DNA of 32,000 nt from assembly GCA_001761425.1 (NCBI GenBank), contig CP012986.1, forward strand, positions 570,001-602,000, written 5' to 3'. The notes under the pieces were generated by a model. It saw only the letters and a program-made list of their open reading frames with translations. It was not told the DNA's origin and ran no database searches. Positions 17,412 to 27,500 of this stretch are shown here, one piece after another (the stretch's first letter is position 1; every line of letters begins with the position of its first letter). Source of the DNA: Candidatus Saccharimonadota bacterium (GTDB lineage Archaea > Nanohalarchaeota > Nanosalinia > Nanosalinales > Nanosalinaceae). The translations under genes were made by a program, and so were the position numbers.

Positions 17412-17429
17412 AATCCCGGACGCCGCAAA
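17412..17429 (+). repeat. direct repeat copy 2 (AATCCCGGACGCCGCAAA), an orphan copy of the tRNA-Gly 3' end
   Basis: 18-nt exact match to 17293-17310. No tRNA body precedes it. Confidence 0.85.
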
Positions 17430-17449
17430 CTGGTTACGCTCGTTTTCCC

Positions 17450-17468
17450 GAAAGCTCTCAGAGCTTTC
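17450..17468. repeat. 19-nt perfect palindrome GAAAGCTCTCAGAGCTTTC
   Basis: Read directly: 9-nt arms around a central C. It lies in the non-coding stretch after the orphan tRNA-end copy. Confidence 0.7.
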
Positions 17469-17530
17469 TGAAACAAGAAGGCCTGTTAAAGGCCTTCGAG
17501 ACACGCAATAAACCATGCTTTGCACGGCTT

Positions 17531-17665
17531 TCAGTATTTCAAGAAAATCTCCGATTTGCGGATCAAGTACCTTTCAACAGTAGCTTTTCCAATACCTGAA
17601 GAACCAATCATCATGATAGCAACTTTACCTTCCAGATCTGTAACAGGAACTAGATCGAAATTCCG
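17531..17665 (-). pseudogene. remnant of an SDR-family gene (N-terminal Rossmann segment only)
   Basis: Minus-strand translation gives ...NFDLVPVTDLEGKVAIMMIGSSGIGKATVERYLIRKSEIFLKY*. This is an SDR-like xGxxxGIG N-terminus with no ATG, and a stop about 20 codons after the glycine motif. Confidence 0.4.
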
Positions 17666-17734
17666 AAGTAAGCTTCTGGCGAAAGATTTTAACAGGCCTG
17701 TCCTCTCAAAAAGAAAGCCGACGCATTACTTTCT

Positions 17735-18505
17735 ATGGAATCTGAACAGGTACAGAGAGAAACACAGAAATTTATTAGAGAGAAAGTAGATGAGGCAGAT
17801 GCAGAAGGCCTTGTAGTAGGCCTCAGTGGAGGTATCGACTCAGCTACCTGTCTTAAACTGGCAGTAAGTGCTCTCGGCAGTGAAAAAGTCTTAGCATTGA
17901 TAATGCCGGGAGAACCGAGCAGAAAGAAAAATATTGAAGATGCCAGAGGCCTGGCAGAAAGTTTATCTGTTAAAAGGACTGAGATAGAGATAGATGAGAC
18001 TGTGGAAAGTTTCCGGGAAAGTCTGTCCTTCGAACCAGGTAAAGAAGGCCTTGGAAACGTAAGAGCCAGGACAAGGATGGTATACACCTATGCACTTGCC
18101 AACAAAGAAAATCTTCTCGTCCTGGGGACAGGTAACAGGACAGAGTTCCTCCTCGGTTACTTCACCAAGTACGGCGACGCTGCAACAGATATTGCTCCGC
18201 TCCTAGACCTTTACAAGACAGAAGTTAGACAGTTAGCCAAACACATAGGCCTTGACAGGAAATTCATCGATAAAAAGCCTACAGCAGGCCTCTGGAAAGG
18301 CCAGACAGATGAAGACGAAATCGGCACAAGCTACGAAACCATGGACAGGATCCTGGAAGCCCTGGTGGACGAAGAAAAATCCATGGAAAAGGCCTCTCAG
18401 TACTTGGAAGCGGAAAAAGATGTGATCAAGAGAATCGACGATATGTATAGAAATTCAGAGCATAAAAGGGAAGGTGTTCAAGGCCTGGAACTCGAGAAGG
18501 ATTAA
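17735..18505 (+). CDS. nadE: ammonia-dependent NAD+ synthetase
   Basis: PP-loop GLSGGIDSA and GTGNRTEFLLGYFTKYGD motifs, at about 256 aa. Confidence 0.9.
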   Translation: MESEQVQRETQKFIREKVDEADAEGLVVGLSGGIDSATCLKLAVSALGSEKVLALIMPGEPSRKKNIEDARGLAESLSVKRTEIEIDETVESFRESLSFEPGKEGLGNVRARTRMVYTYALANKENLLVLGTGNRTEFLLGYFTKYGDAATDIAPLLDLYKTEVRQLAKHIGLDRKFIDKKPTAGLWKGQTDEDEIGTSYETMDRILEALVDEEKSMEKASQYLEAEKDVIKRIDDMYRNSEHKREGVQGLELEKD

Positions 18506-18520
18506 ACTCTTCAAGGCCCT

Positions 18521-18527
18521 TTTTTTA
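18521..18527 (+). terminator. oligo-T tract (T7) after nadE
   Basis: Archaeal terminators are typically oligo-T. The tract lies 16 nt after the TAA stop. Confidence 0.4.
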
Positions 18528-18533
18528 CGAAGT

Positions 18534-18542
18534 TTTATTTTT
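18534..18542 (+). promoter_or_regulatory. TATA-like box (TTTTATTTT) upstream of the giant gene
   Basis: Centred about 27 nt upstream of ATG 18565. This supports ATG 18565, rather than TTG 18541, as a leaderless start. Confidence 0.35.
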
Positions 18543-18564
18543 GGACGGCTCTCTTATTGTATAC

Positions 18565-21500
18565 ATGGATTCAGGTAAAATCTCGAAGCTCCTCCTGATT
18601 TTCCTCATCTTAGGCCTCATCCCTCTCTCAGCTTCTATATCAGAGGTTGACGTTCTCGTAGTTAACGATGGACACACCCTGGATCCATCGGCATCGGTAG
18701 ATTATAGCCAGGAGGTCGATGAGAATTTTGAGGATATCTACAACGAGTCTCTTAAATCTATACAAGGGGTGGATGTAGATTATAGTAAGACTTCGGACGA
18801 TGAAAAGGAATCCGGACCTTCTCTGGAGACTATGAACCAGTATGACATGGTTGTCTGGTACACTTTAGCAGATAGTGCTAGTTCTCCGGGCGGTTTCAAA
18901 ACTCTAACCAGTACTGATGAAGAAAATGTTCGCGAGTATCTGGATCAGGGGGGGACTTTCTATCTGACGGGCCATACCCTAGATGATGAGGAATCTCTTT
19001 ACGGTGAAGGAGATTTTTTCAGGGAGGTCATGAATGCCAGATACAAGGATAATGATGGAAGTCCAAATTACTGGAGGTTTACTGATAGAGGCTCAAATGA
19101 TGGAGAGGATTGGGAGTATGTACAGGTAACTGACGGGGCACTTTCAGATACGGATAGAATGCTGTTCGATCAGGACGGGAAAATTGTCCTGACAGGAGAA
19201 GACTCTCATGCTATAACTGAGGATATGTCCTTTGAACTCAATACATCCACTAACCCCCCAAGCTCTCTGGGAGTCCTGACCGATAACTGTTACCATGAAC
19301 AAGACAATGAGACCGAACTCGATCAGTGTGATCCTAATCCTTGGCAAAACGCAGATGATGGTCTCAGACTAGTCAATAACAAACCTGTAGCTGATAGTAA
19401 GGGTGATACTGTAGATAAGGAAAATGTCAACATAAACGGAGCGGGTGATTCCAGCAGGATCACAGTAGACTACAGCGAGAGCCCTGACATGAAAACCGTA
19501 GCTGGAGTTGCTGTAAAAGATTCTAAAGACGTTGAAATGGAGCATTTTGACATCAGTAACGATGAAGGAAGTATTAAGAAGCTGAAGTCTATAGAAACCG
19601 AAGCCTTTGACGTCTACACGTTTCTTATAGACGATCAGTCCGACGGAAATGCAGAGTTCCTATTTAACGATACTGCAAGGCTAGCAGCTATTACTGTAAC
19701 TGTGAAAAACGCTGTAGGAGCCTATCCTGCGACTGATGTAACTACCAAAAGTGCTCCGGAGGATATCAGTACTTCCGTAGAAAGCCAGGATGGGGACAGG
19801 GTTATAGACTTCCTGGCAGCCTCGGATAGTCCTAGCACAACAAATGACGAAATGAACGATATGGCCACTACCAATCTAGGAGGTAGCTCTACTTTCTTAA
19901 CCAAAAGATTGGAAGGTTCCGACCCAGAGAGAACTATGGGATACAGCGGGCCGGAAAACATGGCCCACATAGTAATCAACCTCAGAAAGGATAGGGCTGA
20001 CGCTGAATACTATGTAGAGACTGATGGCTATGAAGACAACGGAGAGCCGGCAAGCAATCCAGGAAACAGCAATAATCAGGCAGATTACCCTGATGAGTAC
20101 GCTCACACACTTGTGAACTCTAGAGAAGATAAGTACAGGACTTTGGTCAGTTCTATTGGCTTCGAATCTATCAAGGGAGAACAAAGCAGGAAGCAACTAA
20201 TGGATAACACTCTAAGATTTCTTACAGGTCCGGTCGCCAATAATACAAGAGTTTACTCAGGAGAAAATATACCGGATAGCGGTGCAGACGAGTCAAGATA
20301 CACTAACAGCACGCTAAATATTGAAGCTGAGGGAGAAAACCTTCAGCAAAATCCTTCAGGCCTCAGACGTGCACGCTTCCTGCATGAAGGAACTCCTCAG
20401 GAATTTAAGCCTACCTTTGAATCAGGATTTGATAACTTCACGGAAGCTAATCAGACATGGGAAGGCGATTCTGAAGATGGAGGTTATGCAACTGTAACTA
20501 GATCATGCGGGGTAAAGAAAGGAGATCAGGTCTTAACACTCTATGCAAGAGACGACGAAACTTTGTTAGATTCTCGCGATGATGTAGCTGCTGTGAGGAT
20601 GTCAGAACCTGTGGACGTATCAAATCACCAGAATCTTGTGCTTGAATTTTATGTCTCGGACGATGGAGTTGATTGCGATGAGCCTGAATACGATTATGGC
20701 GAGCATCTCGATGTTATGTACAAAAATAATAATGGCTCCTATAGTAGGGCCAGAACAATCTATGCTGAATCTGACAACGTTAACTGGAGGAAGGTTCAGG
20801 TAGAGATTCCCGTGGATCGCAATGATCAGTTCAAGGTAAAGTTTAAGACTAGGGAAATGGATGTTGGTGATGCCTGGCTTGTAGATGAGGTTGAGATCAA
20901 TCAAGGCCTTAGTTTAACCGATGGAAGATGGGGAGACCAGAAAGAAAGTGTGGAAGGCTTTATCAACGCTACTAAAGCTGTTGATAACCTTGATTCCAAT
21001 CCTCGAGGAGTGAATCTCACCTATGGCGTCCAGTTTAAGGATGATTCCAACCAGGGTTACTGGGGTGTTCCGGAGAAAAGATGGGTCAAAATTGATACGG
21101 TCCCTCCTAATTCTCTGACAGATGTGAGTTTCGAAGATGACTATACCTCAGATGAAACTGTTAATATTTCGGTTACAAATGACTTCATACTTGAAAAAAG
21201 GGCGAACCTGACCAGGTTCAGCTGTGATCCTGAAAATGGAGAGTGGTCGGAGTGGAGAACGAGAGATAGTCAACAGGTGAGTCAGAAGTTTGAAATAGAT
21301 ATCACTGATCAGGCCTTGGGGTGCAGTGATTCTCAGGGTAACAGGACGATAAGTGTTCAGACAAGGGATTATGCAGGGAACCGTGCTCCGGAGATCAAGA
21401 AGGACTGGATAATCTATGATGCTGAAAGACCTGATTTCCTGGGTGCAAGGCCTGGGAACAGGTCTGCCGTTCAGTCGGATGTCACTGTGAATATCACAGC

Positions 21501-24500
21501 TTCCGATAACTTCGGGATTTCTGACAGGTTTACGGAGTATAATGCTGGACAGGAGGACAGTATCTCTTTCACTCCGAACGAGACTGTAGGGCTTGATTTC
21601 ACTGGTGAAGGCTGGAGGACCCTTGAGGCCTGGATCTATGACAGGGCGTCGAATCTCAGGGAGGTGAGCCTTGACTACGATATCGATGATACTGCTCCCT
21701 GGGTCAACGTTACTCCTGAAAGTAATAACGAGCCTAAAAACGATACTGCTGTGAAGCCGGATGAAACGTTCAGGATTGAGGCCTTTGACAGGAATTTTGA
21801 GTCTCTGACCGTGAATTCTGTAGGTAACAGTACTTTTTCGAATAATGTCAGTGACTTTGATCCTGAGTGGTCTGGTGGAAAGGTCAGGGATCTTGAGGTC
21901 TGGTTGAATGATTCTGCCGGTAACCAGCGTTTCAGGAATTACAGCTATACTGTTGATGGTCAGGCTCCTGTCTCTGAAGCGGTTGATACGGCTAATGAGA
22001 GTTATGTGAAGAGTGATGATGTTTTGAAGTTCAACTTTTCGGACTCCACTTCCGGAGTTGAAGGTGTCTCCACTTCCAAGGACAGGGAGAGAGGGGTTGA
22101 CTGGGATCTTGGTGTAGGCTTTGGCTCGGATGCCAGTGGGGAGACCGATCTATCTGTATCTGCGACTGACCGTGCTGGAAACACTTTGACGGAGAATTAT
22201 ACCTATACTCTGGACGATGAGCCTCCGGTCGCCGAAACCAATTACAGCCGGGAGGCAGATTCCACGGATGGATGGTTCAACAGAGACGTGGAGGTCGAGG
22301 TAAACGCCACGGATAACCAGGAGCTAGATACGATTATCTACGGTTCCAGCAGGGATGGAAGTGTATCAGCACCTGAACTTACAAGTAACACGAACACCAG
22401 TATCAAGGTCACCTGTCCGAATTCAAACATCTGTGAAAAAGTTGTAACTTACAACGCCAATGATTCGGCGGGCAACTACTTCCGGGATTCCTACAGAGAA
22501 TCCGAGACAGTTTCAATCGATAAGAAAGCACCTCTGATCGAAATAGGATCTCTCACACAGTCAGGCCTCATCGAGATAGAATCAGAAATCAGAGATCCTG
22601 GTATCGGAGTCCAGGACGCAAGCTTCAGAGTCCTCAACAGGAGCGATACATCACAGGTTCTCGAGTCAGGAGACCTGAACGAATCGAATAACTGGTCCTA
22701 CATCTGGGACTCGGAACAGGATATAGACAGCACACAGGAAGTCACTCTCAAGATAGAGGCCGAGGACAGGTTCCAGCAAAACAGCACAGAACAGACCGAG
22801 TTCAAAGTTGAGAACGAGAAAACAACAGCAACCATAACAAATCCGGAAGACGAGATAGTATCCGACAACTTCGACCTCTCAATAGAGGCTAACAGGCCTG
22901 GAAACTCCGAAGGGCTTAAATGGCATAACTTCACGGTGGATAGGAACGGAGAAGAGGTCTACAGCGAATCAAAGAGCCTTGAAGGAGCCGATACCCATCT
23001 TTTCGACAGGCAGTTCGATACTACAGAGCTGGATGGCGACGGTAATTACAGTTTGAATACTACTGCACTGAGCAATGGGACATCAGAGTACGCAACGGCT
23101 GAAAAATGGTTCTACCTTGATACCAGGCCTCCAGAGGCCTTGATCGAGACGGATATCAACGATTCATGGGTCACAGGAAGGATAGAGATAGATTTCGCCG
23201 CCTCGGACAGTGTGGGCAACGGAACCCTAGAATCTTACTACATGAATGACTCTGACTGGCAGAGAATGAACAAGAACCTGAACTACTCGGATAAGGCCTT
23301 CAACTTCAGTACCTCCGACAGATGTCAGGACTCTGCCTCGAATACCTGTGGAGTCAAGATCGTCGCTGAGGATAAGGCAGGTAACCTTAACAGCTCAATG
23401 GTGGAGTTCAAAGTCGATAACAGTCCTCCGGAAGTTGATCTGACCGCACCGGATGCTGAGTGGCAGAACTCGAACTTTAACGTAGCCAGAAACATCAGTG
23501 ACAATGTAGTTGACTCGAGAGATCTCTACTGTGAGGTGAAAGTTAACTCTACAGGATGGCGGGAGACACAGCTCTGTAACACCAACTACACTGTAGATAT
23601 CTCGGAAAGCTGCGACAGGGAAGGAGGAATATGTCAGGTCGAGATAAATGCCTCCCATCCAGAACTTCCGCTATACCAGACAGATCAGAAGTTCTACTCC
23701 ATAGACACAGAGCAACCAGAAATATACACAGGACCGGAGCCAGCACCAGAAACAGTAATCAACGGCAGCGAAGATATAAGCCTAGGATTCCAGGAACCGA
23801 CCTCAGACATGAACTACTCGAAATGGGACGAAGGAAAAGGCCTGAAAGACCTGGAAACCGACCAACCTTTCAAGCCAGGATGGACCGAAAACGGAAACCG
23901 GACTTTGGAAATACTGCTGAACGACACGGCAGGAAACCTCAGAACAGAGCAGTACATATACACCTTCGACAACAAAGCCCCAGAACTCCAGAACTCAGGC
24001 CTCTCCGTATCAGAAGACGGATTCTTCGACGAAACCAGGGTGTACAGGGGAGAAGAGATCAAGCTGGAGCTGAACGTATCCGAGAACATAGAGATGGAAA
24101 AAGTTACTGCCGAGATAAGCAGCGATGGGGAAAACTGGAACAAATCACTTCAACTCGAGGAAGGAAACCTGACCGAAGGCCTCTGGACCAAAAACCTGGC
24201 CAATACGACAACAGGCCTCTACACCGTCCAGAAAGTGTACCTGGAAGATAGAGCAGGGAACAGAACCAGGGTCTCCTCAAGCCTTCCGGAGTTCAGGATC
24301 ATGAACTACTCCGAAAACGTTGAGATAGGTGGAATGAAAGAAGTAGATGCAGGGAACAGCACGGATTTCAACTACACAGTAGATTTCAACAGGACTCAAG
24401 GAGAGAGGCAGCTCAAAGTCTACGTTCCGCCCTCCGGTCCGGGAGAAACCTTTGACCCATACTTCCAGCTGGAAAACGTATCCTGTAAAACATCAGAATG

Positions 24501-27500
24501 TAACGTGACCCATCAGGAAAACTTCTTTAACCTATCATACACCGGAGGAAGCCCTGAGGTATCGGTGACAGCTCATTCAGAGGCCTTCACTCCTGAACAA
24601 GATACTGAAGGTAATTTCACATCTCAACTGCTTGATAACACGAGGAAGAGCGAGGTAAAGATCAGTGCTCCCGAACTGGAGATAAACAGCAGTTCCTGTA
24701 GTCCTGCATGTACGCTGGACCAGTTTGACAGCTTCAACCTGACCCTCGAGCCAGTGAACAATATGACATCTACCAGCACCGGTACAGCCCTGAACACGAG
24801 TCTCTCTATCTCCTCTGGAGGCCTCGAGGATAGATCGAGAGAACTTGGAAACCTTGGAACTGGAGAAAATCTCAGTGAGAGGTTCGCGGATATCTCATCG
24901 GACGAGGCAGGAAACTTCACCTATGACGCTGTCCTCGAGGATGCTACAGGAGTTTACAGGGACTCAAAGGAGATCGAGGTAGAGTTCCTGGACGCAGAGG
25001 AACCCGATATTGTTGATGCAGGGCCTTCCTCCAGAAGAGTAAACGTCAACGACTCCATAGATCTTCTGGCAGAACTAACCGACAACGTCGAAGTCGCCGA
25101 TGCAAACCTGACCCTTGAATATCCGAACGGCACGGCACAGAACCTCTCCCTGGACAGAGACATAGAAAACGAATGGGCAAACTCTTTCAACAAAACATCT
25201 GAAAAAGGAATCTACCAGCTCAAAAAAGTCTATGCCTCAGACCGGAGAGAAAACACAAACCAGACCACGCTCAACTCACAGTTCAAGGTGACAGAACTCA
25301 GACTCAACTCCTCTGTTTCAAAGACCAATATACAAAACCGGGAAGCTGTCAACTTCACAGTAAACATAACAGGAAACTCCACAGAAGTCCAGAGAGTCAC
25401 GGTAAACGCGTCCACACCAGAAGGCCTCAACCGGTCCAGAGAATACACCGATGTAGGCCTCAACAACACTCTTAAATTCGACCGGTTCGATAACTCAGGA
25501 AACTACTCCTTCAACGTCACGGTAAACGCAGGCCTCAAAGTCACTAATCAGACCTCAGACGTCTTCGTCAGGTACGGGAACAGCTCAGTAGAATCTCTGG
25601 ACTCAGGAAACAACAGGACTCTGGAGATACCGGAGACCATAAGTTCAGCATCCCTTGAATGGAGACTCACACCGATCAACGGGAGCCTGAAAAACCTCGC
25701 CTTCGAGCCCGGTTCAAATGACGAAACAGTTCTCAGCACAGGATCTGCCCAGAGTGTAGATGATCTCGTCTACACTGAAGGAGCAAGGACCGAACAGCTT
25801 ACAGTAAACCCGGAAAACACAGGATCAGCAGATATAACAGCTATCCTCGAGGCAGAAAACGGAGGAAACACGAGTAAACAAGTCTCCGTAGAAGTCACAG
25901 AACAGGACAATGAAAGGCCTCAGATCAACTCCTTCAACCTATCGGAAAAAGACTTGAACCTTAATGAAACACTCGATTTCTCTGCAAATATAACAGACAA
26001 CTCGATAATCAAAAACTCAACGCTAGAGATCGGCTATCCTAACCCGTCAAACGCTACAGAGACCATAAACATGGAGAGAATCGGAGAACAGACCTATCAA
26101 ACGGAGTTCAACAACCTGAACCAGACAGGAAATTACACAGCAACTCTCAAGGCCTACGATATCTCCGGAAACAGCTACATGGTCGCAGAGAATTTCACAG
26201 TCACCGATAGATACAGTATAGAGATCGATACCGACAAAAGCATATACATGAAGGAAGAAGATGCGGTCATAAGCTTCGATGTCCTGGACGCAAGCGGAGA
26301 TCAGGTCAAAAACTACAGCCTGAACTCCTCGATAGAATACAGCAACTCCAATCATTCACTGGTCGAAGGCCAGAACGTTTCAAGGACAGAGTTCACAGTT
26401 GAAAGAGATTATCCGCCAGATATAACCAATGAACTTGGCGGAGACCCTATCTACTACAGCATATACGCTGAGGCCTCAAGCAGAGGAAACAAAGGAAAGG
26501 CCTCGGCCAGCATGCCGGTTCACAGGGTATTCGACGTAAGTCTGAACAACGATCAGTACGTTGCTCCAGGTGAGAACTTCCTCGTGACCTCTGACTGGAG
26601 AAAGAAGAATGGAGAGCTTCTGCCTCAGACATGGCAGCCGTTTATACTCTGTGATGCCTGTCCAAGCAACTACAAACTCATGTTGAGAGATCTGGAGACA
26701 GATAATTATGTCAAGAACTTGACAGCCCCGAACCAGACAGGCAGCTATTCCTTCACGCTCAGAGGTTCATACCAGGGTAACTCGGAGAGCCAGGATCCTA
26801 CAGGTGCGGAGGACGAACCTCCATTCGGCACATTCGAAGTCGTACCAGGCGGGAAACCGCCGAACAGTGGCGATGAGGAACAGGCTCTGCCTTCAGGAGG
26901 CGGTGGAGGATTCTCTGGAGGAGGGCCTTCGATGGAGATTGTAAGACGGTCGCCTCCTCCAAGCATCCCTTCGGGAACCGAACAGGTGAACCTGTCTGTG
27001 AACACCAATATCGCGGCCGAATGCGTTTATTCAAGGAACAGGGTTCCAGAGGCCGTCCCATTCGATGAGGCCTCAGATTTCCAGGAAACCGGCGGAGTGA
27101 ATCACAGCACGCCGTTAACTGCAGAAGAAGGTGTGACGTACAGCTACAACATTATGTGTGCCTCTGGCGAAGCCAACTCGACCCAGGAGATTATTTTCTC
27201 CACAGAAACTCTGGAAGGCTTCTCATACGCAGGCCCTACATCAGTCACGCCAAACAACGAGTCCGTATCACAGAAAGGAAACTACAGTGCAAGAGTAGCT
27301 GTCTACAACGAGAAAAGCGAGGCCTTGACCGTAGACCTGGACGTCGAGGGAACCTGCTGCAACCTGAGCTTTATGATCGGCTCAGAGAAGAAAGAATCGG
27401 TCACGATACCGGCTGAAGGAGAGAAAAACCTGGATCTGAACGTCTACTCCCCGCTTCATGTAAAACCAGGATCCTACAACGGGACCCTAAAATTAACAAG

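Noticed and set aside
17222-17789. ORFs 17222-17599 and 17520-17789
   Set aside because: The first reads straight through tRNA-Gly and the att-like repeats. The second overlaps the SDR remnant and the nadE start. Neither has recognisable motifs.
18565-20400. Possible subtilisin-like protease head on the giant protein (as reported for some giant nanohaloarchaeal proteins)
   Set aside because: I found no D-T-G / H-G-T-H / G-T-S-M-A catalytic triad motifs by eye. NDGHT and TGHTL are only superficial resemblances. Profile searches are needed before any enzymatic claim.
23631-24251. 206-aa arginine-rich ORF in an alternative frame inside the giant gene, plus many minus-strand ORFs across 19144-28100
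   Set aside because: Extreme R/P/Q bias, no motifs, and they lie fully inside a long ORF with coherent domain structure. These are typical frame-shadow artefacts.
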